NCBI RefSeq assembly: GCF_001194135.2
Contig: NC_068992.1
Coordinates: 16,001,665 to 16,065,664, forward strand
Direction of reading: 5' to 3'
DNA: 64,000 bases
From: Octopus bimaculoides
Lineage: Eukaryota
Below are positions 13,634-25,116 of the stretch, piece after piece; positions within the stretch are counted from its first letter, which is position 1, and each line of letters opens with the position of its first letter. Both the position numbers and the translations under genes were made by a program. Below the pieces are notes generated by a model. The model saw nothing but the letters and a program-made list of their open reading frames with translations. It did no database searches and had not been told where the DNA came from.

Positions 13634-15634
13634 GAAATATGTGTGTTATAGAGTGTGGGAACGCATGCATGTGTGCATGTGTAAATGTGTATGTGTGTAT
13701 GTATATGTGTGTATGTTTATTTAAGCATGTGTTGATGCGCTCATGTGTTCTTTGCATACGCGGATAAAAGCCTGAAATAAAACTTATTTTCAATTTATCT
13801 TACAATTCTGTTTCCAATTTATCATATACCAAACTTGATAAATCCTATTTCTCTCAAGTGTAATGAAAATCTCTCTCTCTCTTTTTTCTCTGTCTCTCTA
13901 TCTCTCTGCCTTTCACTCTCTTTGTCTCTGTCTGTCTGTCTCTCTCGCTCTCTCGCTCTCTCTCTTTATATAATATATATAATTATATACAAACACCCAT
14001 ATATATATATAATTATATACAAACACCCATATATATATATATNNNNNNNNNNNNNNNNNNNNNNNNNNNNNNNNNNNNNNNNNNNNNNNNNNNNNNNNNN
14101 NNNNNNNNNNNNNNNNNNNNNNNNNNNNNNNNNNNNNNNNNNNNNNNNNNNNNNNNNNNNNNNNNNNNNNNNNNNNNNNNNNNNNNNNNNNNNNNNNNNN
14201 NNNNNNNNNNNNNNNNNNNNNNNNNNNNNNNNNNNNNNNNNNNNNNNNNNNNNNNNNNNNNNNNNNNNNNNNNNNNNNNNNNNNNNNNNNNNNNNNNNNN
14301 NNNNNNNNNNNNNNNNNNNNNNNNNNNNNNNNNNNNNNNNNNNNNNNNNNNNNNNNNNNNNNNNNNNNNNNNNNNNNNNNNNNNNNNNNNNNNNNNNNNN
14401 NNNNNNNNNNNNNNNNNNNNNNNNNNNNNNNNNNNNNNNNNNNNNNNNNNNNNNNNNNNNNNNNNNNNNNNNNNNNNNNNNNNNNNNNNNNNNNNNNNNN
14501 NNNNNNNNNNNNNNNNNNNNNNNNNNNNNNNNNNNNNNNNNNNNNNNTTTTAGTTTTCACTGATTTTTTTCCTTTCCACTCAAAACAGAAAAAAAGGAAG
14601 TTATTCCAAATAATAACGACAATACTATTCTCAACAAAATATATGACGAAGATTTGTTTAAATTGAAGCTTTCTATAGAATTGTTTGCTATAAAAATCTA
14701 TTTATTTAATTGGACTGCATATAAAGTATTGATTTATTTTACGTATATAAAGGCTAAAACGACAACTGAAACGATTGGTTTAGTAAATTGAATTTAATAA
14801 TTAACGGTAGGCTGTTGTGTATATTTATAATACAAAAGAATTCATTATTCTACTACCAGGATAGATGAAAGGCAAATCCGATTCTAGTCAGATACGAAAC
14901 TTTGATGTTAGTGAAACGTGGAGAATATTGAGAAGCATTTATTTTTCTTTATGTTTTTGATGATTTTTCCATCATTGTAATTAGTATAATTAATGTAATT
15001 AAAACCAGATGAGATTTAAAAATCAGGATAAACTAATTTTCACATTTTTATAAAACTTTCTAAACAATTTCTAAATGTTAGTAATCACACATGTATATGT
15101 GTGCGTGTGTGTATGTGTGTGAATGCGTATGTGTGCGTGCGTGTATGTATGTGTATATATATANNNNNNNNNNNNNNNNNNNNNNNNNNNNNNNNNNNNN
15201 NNNNNNNNNNNNNNNNNNNNNNNNNNNNNNNNNNNNNNNNNNNNNNNNNNNNNNNNNNNNNNNNNNNNNNNNNNNNNNNNNNNNNNNNNNNNNNNNNNNN
15301 NNNNNNNNNNNNNNNNNNNNNNNNNNNNNNNNNNNNNNNNNNNNNNNNNNNNNNNNNNNNNNNNNNNNNNNNNNNNNNNNNNNNNNNNNNNNNNNNNNNN
15401 NNNNNNNNNNNNNNNNNNNNNNNNNNNNNNATATATATATATATATATCTGTGTGTGTATGTGTGTCTCTGTGTGTCTCTGTGTGTGAACTTACGCTCTA
15501 GATCCAGAGATGCAACTGGCTTAATTACCATAAATACGTATTCGATATTGATATTATATTAGGACAATTCTCAGTTAATTATGGTGGTTACAGTATCCTC
15601 CTCCTCCTCCTCCTCGTCGTCGTCATCGTCGTCG

Positions 15635-15674
<40 letters not shown>

Positions 15675-16737
15675 CATCAACATCATCATCTTATTCATTG
15701 TCGACATCATCAATTCTCATCCCCATCTGTTTTTTAAAATGATAAAGGTATAGTTGAATGAAACGTATAAGGATATTCCTAGCAAAAAAATTGCTTGACT
15801 AAAACGGGCCTCATCACACAACCATACTTCTGCCACAATAATTTTCACTGAAAGATTATTCCAGCTTCTCACAGTATATAGGAACCACTAATGGATTGGT
15901 TTAAGCGTCATGCCTTCTCCAAAAAATAATATCGTGCAGGATATTAAAGCGACCATCATACACCAGGCAACAAACTTATTCAAATTGTATAAATTATTTT
16001 GCTCTTTAATTAACGGTAACAATGATTACAAGTATCCAACAGAGTCCCTGCATTCTCTTCAGTCTCTTTGTTTCTTCCTGCAATTATAACTAGGTGTACC
16101 TATTGTGTTGCAGCGAACTTTGGATACTCCGAACTCTTGTGACGATACAAAACTTTATGTTCTGTAGGATCGAAGCCATCATTATGACTGGTTATGCAAG
16201 ATGCGTTGTTTTCATTCCACGCAATCACCGAATCCCATCAGATACCAAACACATTCAGTTTCGAAGGTCTTCGTTTTTCTATAACTATCAATAAACTTCC
16301 TGAAAGTGCCTGGGGCTCGCTGAAGTAGTGAACAAACAAGTCCATGTTTCTCTCACTCCCAACTCAATGTTGCATTCTAACATACTTGGTGTAGCTGATA
16401 TACATGCAATAAACTATCAAACTACAGAGTAAGAAATATCGTTTTCCTTGGGGTCTTTGTTGAATAAAACAAATTTCTGCCTTACCTGTTGCGTATTCTT
16501 ATTCAACAAAAACGCATGAATTAAATCGTAATGATATTATTACCTTAGTTCTCAAGATTGCACTTACCGATTTTCACAATCTCAGAAAATTCACACACCA
16601 AGAAAAGAAAAGAAAAGAAAATTAGAAAACATAACTCGTGTCTCCATTACAATATATATATATATATATATATATTGGATAGAAAAAATAATATATAATA
16701 ATTTTTAAGTCATTTAAATTTTTACAAAAGAAAAGTT

Positions 16738-16856
16738 TCTGCTTAGAAGCTTGCTTTCCAACCACATAGTTCCGTGTTCAGTCCCACTGCGTAGTACTTT
16801 GGGCCGACCAAAGACTTGAGAGTGGATTTGGTAGACGGAAACTGAAAAAGCCCATC

Positions 16857-16903
<47 letters not shown>

Positions 16904-17128
16904 TGTGTGTGTGTGTTTGTGTGACTGTGTTAGTCCGCCCCGCCATCGCTTGACAACCGATGGTGGTGTGTTTTCCTCCCCGTATCTTAGCAGTTCGGTA
17001 AAAGTAACCGATAAAATAAGTATTAGGCTTAGAAAAATCAAGTCCTGAAGTCAATTTGTTCGATTAAAGGCGCTGCTTCAGCATGGCCACCGTCAGGTGA
17101 TTGAAACAAGTAAAAGAATAAAAGAATA
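16738..17128 (+). mobile_element. SINE family B, near full length, with internal (TA)n(TG)n
   Basis: AGAAGCTTGCTTTCCAACCAC..GTTCAGTCCCACTGCG, core GAGTGGATTTGGTAGACGGAAACTGAAAAAGCCC, tail GAAACAAGTAAAAGAATAAAAGAATA. Confidence 0.88.
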
Positions 17129-17169
17129 TTGGGCACCCGAGAAAAGCAGAGTAACTCCACTATTGATAT

Positions 17170-17550
17170 GTCCATCCTTGCTCAAGTTTAGTCCAATGCT
17201 GGACGAATGCCTCAGCATGTTCTTTCTACCAACCGCAGTTTGATATTTTACTCATCCATATTTAGGAACCGAAGACTTTAACAAAGTCTTCATTTCAACT
17301 TCTGCGTGGTCTTGTCATATTTTTCTGGATATGTTGTCCACTCTGTCAATTTGCTATTTCATTTATTGTCCTTTCTTCTAAATACATCTCCCGCCAAAGA
17401 CTATGTCAGAGACTTTATTTTCCAGGTCCTATCCGGCAAAACTGTTGACACTCTTAACCTGTTGCTTTATGCTGTTGTTTCTCCACTTCTCCATTTTATT
17501 AACCTTCTTTCCATGGCTCCTTGTATTGATCTTAATCTATTTTCATTGTA
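17170..17550 (-). mobile_element. RTE-clade LINE 3' end (decayed)
   Basis: ENRLRSIQGAMERR..AGDVFRRKDNK*NSKLTEW..EAFVQHWT resembles the RTE C-terminus QRAMER..WAGHI.RR.D.RW..L.EW..EAFVQQWT. Confidence 0.7.
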
Positions 17551-17674
17551 AGTATGTATGTATGTATGTATGTATGTATAGATGTATGTGAGTGTGTGCA
17601 CGTGTATGAGTATGTGCGTGCGCGCGCGCGTGTCTGTGGTGTATGTGTGTGTGTGCGCGCGTTTGAATACTACT

Positions 17675-17797
17675 CTGAACGGATGAAAGCAAAGATGACC
17701 TGAGAGGCGGAATTTGAAGTCAGAGCATAAATACGGGGAACAGCTACCATTAAGCATTTTAGTCAGAGCGCTAGCAATTCTGACATCTCACCACCTA
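17675..17797 (-). mobile_element. SINE family A head, degenerate
   Basis: GGATGAAAGCAAAG..GCGGAATTTGAAGTCAGA..TAAGCATTTT..CAATTCTGAC..CTCACCACCT. Confidence 0.55.
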
Positions 17798-18289
17798 AAT
17801 AACAATTCTGACTATAATCGTAAGGTTAAGCAAAGTTTATGGAAGATATTGATCAAAGAGCAAGTTATATTTGCAACTGTATGATACCATTGTTTGTTTT
17901 GGTAATATCACGGTGTTTGTTTGGCCTATCCTGTAAAAGCGCTGCCAAATGACCGCTGGAAACAGTAAACAATATTTCTACCTAATATCATGACGAATCA
18001 ATATGAATCTGAAGATATAATATGGAGACCGACAATATGCATCAGAACTTTAAATCTTCCCCATCTAATTTCTAGCAGATGTGAGAGCATTTATATGTTC
18101 ATTCGACAGCCTAGAATTTGTGGTGGAAATTCCTGTCACATCAATATATAACCTCTTAAGAAAAAAGACAAGATTACGTAAGAAAACGTGCTTTCTATTA
18201 GTGTCTTAAGTAGTCAATGTTCATTTTATCTTCTCAAGAATAATATGGACAGAGAAAAGACAATGTGGAGAAAAAAGATTTATTTAGAG

Positions 18290-18800
18290 ATTAGAGTTAC
18301 GTAAAGTGTCGGTAAGCTGCCGAGTTCGATACGTACGCAATCTCCCACATTTATCAGTCTCCTGCCTGCATTTGCTCTCTTCATGTATTGGCGATCAATG
18401 TCTAGAAAGATGATGGGTGCCATTGCATTGTTAGAAGCTATCTTGTCTTCCTTTACAACTCCTTTAATTCATCCATTGTCCAATGCAGAATTCCTGCGTT
18501 ATACCGAACCCCTGCGACTGCGAACAATATTATTGCGGAAATCAGGTTTCTGGCATTCAAATTTTGTCTAATATTTTTCTCAATCCCCGCAGATACTCTT
18601 TTTTTGTCTTTTCTATCATACCATTTTTGCTTAATTCCATGTGCCTCAAATATTCCTCGGTATTTATGTACGGGTTCCGTTTCAATCGCCTTCAACATTT
18701 CACCACTTGATATGCACATGCCGTCTTTTCTGACAGGTTTTCCTCGTCTTATCACCGTCGTAGTACATTTTGAAAGTCCATAATTCATCTTGATATCATG
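18290..18800 (-). mobile_element. R4/Dong-type RLE LINE reverse transcriptase C-terminal/thumb fragment
   Basis: YGLSKCTTTVIRRGK..HKYRGIFE..NLNARNLISAI..AV..VRYNAGILHWTMDEL..DRQYMKRANAGR.LI.VGDCVRIE. Confidence 0.8.
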
Positions 18801-18926
18801 TGAAAAAAATACGCACAGACTGGACTAAGCTGTCGAGTTTTGCCTCTTTCTTTCGAATAACATCGAATCATACATGAACAGCCTTTATTTTGTCCTCTGC
18901 AGTATTTAACCTCCTCCTCCTCCTCC

Positions 18927-18969
<43 letters not shown>

Positions 18970-20456
18970 TACCAATCAATTTGATGGGTGGGTGCGAGAA
19001 TTTGTCGTAATTGCTCGCGTCAGATCAGGGCCGAGCATGCAATCTATTCATTTGGGGTTGACGAAGGAGATGTCCCTCGAGCACTGAATCTATGGAATGC
19101 ATCCTTCTCTCTTCCCGATACCCAAAATCTTGTGGCATTTTACCAAGGTTTAGAAATCTTTTGAAAGTTTTTGTTGGTAGATTCCTTCACTGTTACAACT
19201 ACGAACTAGAAAAGGCTTCTGGAAATTGTATAACAAGCAAGCGGTTATTGGTTTAAGTATATAGCGTGAACGCGTGTATGCGTGAGCGTTTTGTGTGTGC
19301 GTCTGTATGTGTGTATTTGTGCGTGTGTATATGTATGAATACGTGTGTGTGTGAGTGAGAGAACAAGACACGGCGAGGGATAAGTTTAGGACTGAAAGAG
19401 TAGACATGACATATAGAAAGAGGGGGTCATGTGCTGGGCTTGTTAATATTTATATAGACTTAGCGAGTGCAGAAGACCGGAAGGCATTCCGGTAGCGTGA
19501 GGTATACTTAGGGAGATATTGTCAATGATAACTAATTGTATCATTCTAGTGAGAGATTCTTCGTTAATGATCCGCGTGCCGTTTGTTTTTATCCCATACA
19601 GAATGTAAGAATTACTGCTGGACTCCAAATTATTACATGAGTGTTGCAATGAGATCTTGTTCCATTGATAGTTGTACCTTTTATCAAAAACATACATGAA
19701 TTAAGATGGCTTCATACAAAAACTGATGCGGAGTTGCCAATTCAACTCATTATGAATCTACTCTCTGTACACTGATACAATTATTCGCCTTCCTAGGTTT
19801 TCATTTATTCACAAAAGTAAATATTTGTCGATTTGTGTATTTGGGAATTTCATATGGATTTCAAATGGGTTGCATTTGTTGGTAACGGAGAGCAAAAATT
19901 ATGAATAATATACGATAAAGAATATTTTCGCTTTCACCAATCCATTCTTTCGTAATACATTTATCTACAAGTAATTGTATCAGATATTCTATGTTAGTTT
20001 ATTTTTTATATATTCATTTATCAATAAGAAAGTGATAAACAAATTATACAAATATAAAAGAAAACAAAATTATCTTCAAATATTTTCTTTCTTTCTTCGC
20101 TTCAAGACATTGTCAATGTTTTGTTCTTTTTCTCTATACAAAATAATAACACATTTGTTGCACATATTTCTCTTTTTATTCTGTCATCGTGAGTTTCATC
20201 ATTTTTGTTCTTTTAAATCTTTTCTGTGTACATATGGCTTTTTTTCATATTTGATTCTAGGTATAGCATTTGGTTGTACGACCAACAAAGATACAATAAT
20301 CAATAAAATTCCTCTGCAATCTCTGCAAAGTTCTTTAAGTGTCTTCAGCGATAAAATGGCAATGTGTTGGTAAAACAAAACCTTGATACTACAATGAGGA
20401 CTGGTCACTGACTGAGTCGTTTGATACCACTTATTTGCAATATCTCTTACTCTATA

Positions 20457-20685
20457 ACGCGGCGAGCTGGCAGAAACATTAGCACGCCGGGCGAAATGCA
20501 TAGCGGTATTTCGTCTGTTTTTATGTTCTGAGTTCAAATTCCGCTGACGTCGACTTCGCTTTTTATCCTTTCGGGGGTCAATAAATTAAGTACCAGGTAC
20601 GTTCTGGGGTCGATCTAATCGACTGGCCCCCCTCCCCCAAAATTTCAGCCCTAATGTCTAGAGTAGAAGAAAATATTTATTCCTC
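20457..20685 (+). mobile_element. SINE family A, full length
   Basis: GCGGCGAGCTGGCAGAAAC..GAGTTCAAATTCCGC..CCCCAAAATTTCAG..AGAGTAGAAGAAAATATT. Confidence 0.88.
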
Positions 20686-21411
20686 TGTTTTCCACTTCAG
20701 ATCACCAAGGAAAATTCTTGCCAAAAGAAATGTTGCAAGGATATCTAATGATCTAATACTCGGTCACAATGATGATCAGCGGGGAGATAATGATGATTAC
20801 AGTCGTAATGATCGTAATGGTAGCGATCAGGTTGATGGTTATGATGATTGTGATAATTGTTATTACAATTTCTAAAAGCAGTTCAAACCCACACAGCAAG
20901 GGGTAAGCTACTTTCCATTAAATGTACGCTACTACTAATCTATTGGTAACTAGTGGGACCTGTGGAAATTTCACTGAACGAATGATTTTTATTTTGGTGG
21001 ACTCATGACTCTTGATGATATATTTGTGGTTGTGTATGTGTATGTGAGTAAGTGTATGTACGGGTGTATATATATATATACTAAACTTAATTTATAATCA
21101 GCTGGGCTACTATTCGTAACATCAGTGTATGTTTAGAGAGGGCAAAATCTTGTTCGAGCATGTGGCTTGTTACAATAACACACCATTGGAAAGGTTCTAA
21201 AAGGCCGTTCCTGTGACGACTTTTCCTTTCCCTCTTGTCACTCTCTCGCTTCCACCATTTCTCTCTCTCTCTCTCTCTTTCTCTATGATATTTATTGAAT
21301 TTTTAACATAGACAGTCCGTAAGAGATGTTATTTCGGAACAAATACCGTAGTAACTGGTCTATCAACAGTGTGTATACGCACGCACGCACGCGCACACGC
21401 ACACACACACA

Positions 21412-21460
<49 letters not shown>

Positions 21461-22647
21461 CTCTATTTACATGCATGTTTATATCTACATACGTACATAC
21501 ATACATACATACATACATGCATTCGCTAATTACGAACAATTGCATTGAGACCTAGTGCGTCTATGTCCGGATTATAAATTCACATTGAAACCAATTATAA
21601 TAAGTGCGCTTGGTTTTAGTGAGTGATTAAATGCCTATGTAATAATCTGGATAAAGTAGGGTTTTCAGAAAAAGAAATAAACCAGCTAATTTGCACATTA
21701 CAAATTTAATTTGTAAGCGGAACGGTAAGATCATGCAAGACATTTCTCAAGTTTAAAATGTGTTGTTGTGGGTATTTATTTATTTATTTATGTGTTTCAG
21801 CCAAGTGGCTGCGGTCATGCTGGTGCACCACCGTAATTGTGTAATTGGTTATGGCAGAAGTTCTTTTTATCAGAACCAGATCTTCAATATCTAAATGGCT
21901 CCCAGTCCCTCATGTCAGCTAACTATTCTCAACTATAAATGTACTTTTTACCCTCTCAACGCCGTTGACTGTTTACCGATAAAAAAAAAGAGAAAATTCG
22001 TCAAATTTAGTTCGAACACCCGGTACAATCCAGCGATGGAGCTTTGTACCTCTATTCGAAACCACCTCATTCGTCGGTGGAAATTTAAAATGCTTAAAAC
22101 AGAAAAGAACACAACGTAAACAAGAATACACATAGAGCTGCTCGTTCCAGTGTATGCGTAAATATGCTTTAGATATACATGTAATACACCATATTATTGT
22201 ATGCGCAATTTCCGACAGTTTTCAAACGTCTGTTGTTATCGTAGCGAATCATAGCAACATACACCCCATCAGATTGGCCGATACTTCAACAATTGAGAAG
22301 GACAAACTCATTCCATTTGATCTAACAATTTCGAGCAGAAATTCTATCTAATTATCCAATAATTACTAAAATCTAAAACTTGTCAATTAAACATTATATA
22401 CGTAATTAAATTTCTCCATTAGAAATAATGATTAGTTTCAGCCAAATCATTACTTACACATGCAAATAACTTAACTCGCAATGCAATTACATCTGATTGT
22501 TTCTTATTATATTACTAATGGGCTGGTCTATCATGTTTCATATAAATTATTTAGAATTATATAAATTATTATCTTTCTGCATCCTGTTAAATTACAAGAT
22601 AAACGAAGATTGCTTTATGACAAACTTGATACGTTTTCGTAAGTCTA

Positions 22648-22725
<78 letters not shown>

Positions 22726-22729
22726 TTAC

Positions 22730-22778
<49 letters not shown>

Positions 22779-22945
22779 GTTATTGTTATCATTACGATGG
22801 TGACAAGATGGCAGAATCGTTAGCACGCCGGAAAAATTGCTTAGTAACATTTTGCCCGTCTTTACATTTCTGACTTCAAATTCTGCTGAGGTTGACTTTT
22901 CGTTTCATCCCTTCGGAATTGATAAAAAAAAAGTACCAGTTGAGT
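22648..22945 (+). mobile_element. (ATT)n array followed by a 3'-truncated SINE family A copy (22800-22945)
   Basis: TGGCAGAATCGTTAGCACGCC..GTACCAGTTGAGTACT. Confidence 0.75.
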
Positions 22946-23203
22946 ACTACGTTCGTTTGTTTTCTTTCTCTTTTTCTATCCTTTCAATACTCCCTCCTTC
23001 CTGACTGTCATTAGCAAGGTTTCCTAACATAGGGCTAGGTATCTCATAAAGCTCTCGAGATCGATACATACACAATCTTCCACACTTATCAGTTCTCTTC
23101 CTCCATTTACTCTCTTCATGTAGAGGCAATTAGTGACGTAGTGGTTAAGAGCGCGGGTTACTAACCTCAAGATTCTGAGTTCGATTCCAGGCAGTGACCT
23201 GAA

Positions 23204-23271
<68 letters not shown>

Positions 23272-23625
23272 ATAATAATAATAATAATAATAATAATGAC
23301 AACGACATCGAAAAATACCTTATCAGTGACTACACGTGGGTGATGGGCTTCATGCATCATTAGGAGCTTTCTTGACTTCCTGCCTATTACATTTAGCTCC
23401 TCGTCTGTCCACTGCGGGATTCCAGCATGAGACTGAACTACTGCGAATGCATACGAGTTTATTGCCGAAACTATGATTCTGGCATTCAATTTTGCAGACA
23501 ATATCTCTCTCACGTCTCTCTTCCTCCATGTCGCTGTGTTTAATTCTGTCTGACTCACGTATTTCCAGGTGTTTATAACTAGATTGAGGTTGAATTGCCT
23601 TCATCATTTCACCACATGACTTCTT
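22946..23625 (-). mobile_element. RLE LINE RT/thumb fragment interrupted by a SINE
   Basis: GEMMKAI..YKHLEIRESDRIKH..LSAKLNARIIVSAINSYA..WTDEELNVIGRKSRKLLMMHEAHHPR | LYMKRVNGGRELISVEDCV. Same type as 18290-18800. Confidence 0.8.
23138..23321 (+). mobile_element. tRNA-headed SINE (family D), 3'-truncated, with possible 9-bp TSD AT(T/C)AGTGAC
   Basis: GTAGTGGTTAAGAGCGCGGG..GAGTTCGATTCCAGGCAGTGACCTGAA-(TAC)n(TAA)n-CAACGACATCGAAAAATACCTT is colinear with 36578-36742. Flanks are 23129-23137 and 23322-23330. Confidence 0.8.
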
Positions 23626-24144
23626 AAGTATGTATATGTATGTATATGCACATGACGGACTTTCGTAAAATATCTGCTTACCAGATTCCGCTGAAATGTT
23701 ACAAGTTAATGCAAGGTTATGGTAAAAGACAAGACATTTCCCCCAAAGAAATACGAACCTATTTTCTGAATCACATAGGCATATCTTTCCATTAGGAGAA
23801 CTGTATAGACAAACGACATATTGAATGCTTGAAGAGCAGAGTTGACAGCCTCCCAGGAGTAGTATTTTGAAAGTCCTGTTTCTCAATTGTCTAGTTCTCT
23901 GCTGGATATTTTTACAATATATTTACAGTATAGTTAATTAAGTTGCAAATATTTATTTTTTGAATTCTGGATATTTTCCCAGTTTCTTTGATGTAGATAT
24001 TTCTGAAGATTGCATCGTGACAGTAGCAGCAGTAGAAACGTATTGATAATTTTAGATGGATAACAGAGCAATGTTAAAAATATTAGCACAGAAACGGGAT
24101 TTTGATAAAATGTTCGGAAACTAAAATGACAAAAATAATCCTTT

Positions 24145-24350
24145 ATACTATGGGGACAATGTCTGAAATTTGGAGAAAGGGGATAATCACATCGATTCCA
24201 GTGCTCAATCTGATGCTATTTCATCGATCCCAGAAGAGATGAAAGGCAAAGGCAACGTCAGCAGTATTTGAAGTCAGAAAATTAAGAGGAATGAAATACT
24301 GCTAAGCCTTTTTTCGAAGTGCTGATGGTTCTGTCAGCTTGCCGCCTTAA
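24145..24350 (-). mobile_element. SINE family A, degenerate
   Basis: GATGAAAGGCAAAG..ATTTGAAGTCAGAA..AAATACTGCTAAGC..CAGCTTGCCGCCTTAA. Confidence 0.7.
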
Positions 24351-24521
24351 GGTGATAAAATAATCAGAAACATTTCAACGTGCTGAAGCATGAGCGAATG
24401 AAGTTTGTCAGGCTGCAAGTTTAGCAACCGAAAAAACTTTAAATAACACCTAAGATCTTAAGTAAAAAAAAAAGGATATACTGATATAAGTGTCTCTGAC
24501 CAAAAACGAAAAAGAAAAGTA

Positions 24522-24759
24522 CAGTAATTCCTCGCCATATCGGGATTCACCTATCGCAGTTCACCCATCACGGTTTATTGTTCAAGCTTATGCCGATTCC
24601 TCTGTGGTGTTGTTTTGCATTTATAATAAAATAAATATACACAAATTATAAAAATGATAATAAAAGATATATACAATACAGTACTGTTTCTACTTCGGAG
24701 ATTTTTGCTTATCGTGGGGTTTTAGGAACGTAACACCCGCGATAGTCGAATTATTACTG
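24522..24759. mobile_element. pogo/Tigger-like MITE with TA target duplication
   Basis: TA|CAGTAATTCCTCGCCATATCG ... CGCGATAGTCGAATTATTACTG|TA: imperfect TIRs beginning CAGTAAT. Confidence 0.7.
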
Positions 24760-24910
24760 TAGTAACAAAACAGAATGACGTCAAATGTAACTTGTAAGAC
24801 CAAGAAGAACGGATCTGGTGATTAAGTGTACCTAAGATTAAACAACAGTAATAACAACAGTATCATAAGAACATTTATGTACTAATAATTAATTTCAATA
24901 TTAATTATAC

Positions 24911-25116
24911 ATCCAAGGCGGTGAGCTGGCAGAATCGTTAATATGCGGGCAAAATGCTTAGCAATTTTTCGTCCTTCTTTACGGTCTCCGTTCGAGGTTG
25001 ACTTTGCCTTTCATCATTTCGTGGTTGATAAAAGAAATATTAGTTGAACACTCGGATCGATGTAATTTATTTGCCCTCTCCCCCAAACCTGCTGACCTTG
25101 TGCCAAAATTTAGATC
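24911..25116 (+). mobile_element. SINE family A with 15-bp TSD
   Basis: CAATATTAATTATAC occurs at 24896-24910 and 25117-25131, flanking AAGGCGGTGAGCTGGCAGAATCG..GTGCCAAAATTTAGAT. Confidence 0.88.

Noticed and set aside
13981-14040. 30-bp tandem duplication next to an N gap
   Set aside because: It may be a contig-end artefact or a trivial minisatellite.
16230-16530. CGAAAC/CTGAAG motifs and a TTGTTGAATAA inverted pair
   Set aside because: They cannot be folded into a hammerhead, and the inverted match is only 11 bp.
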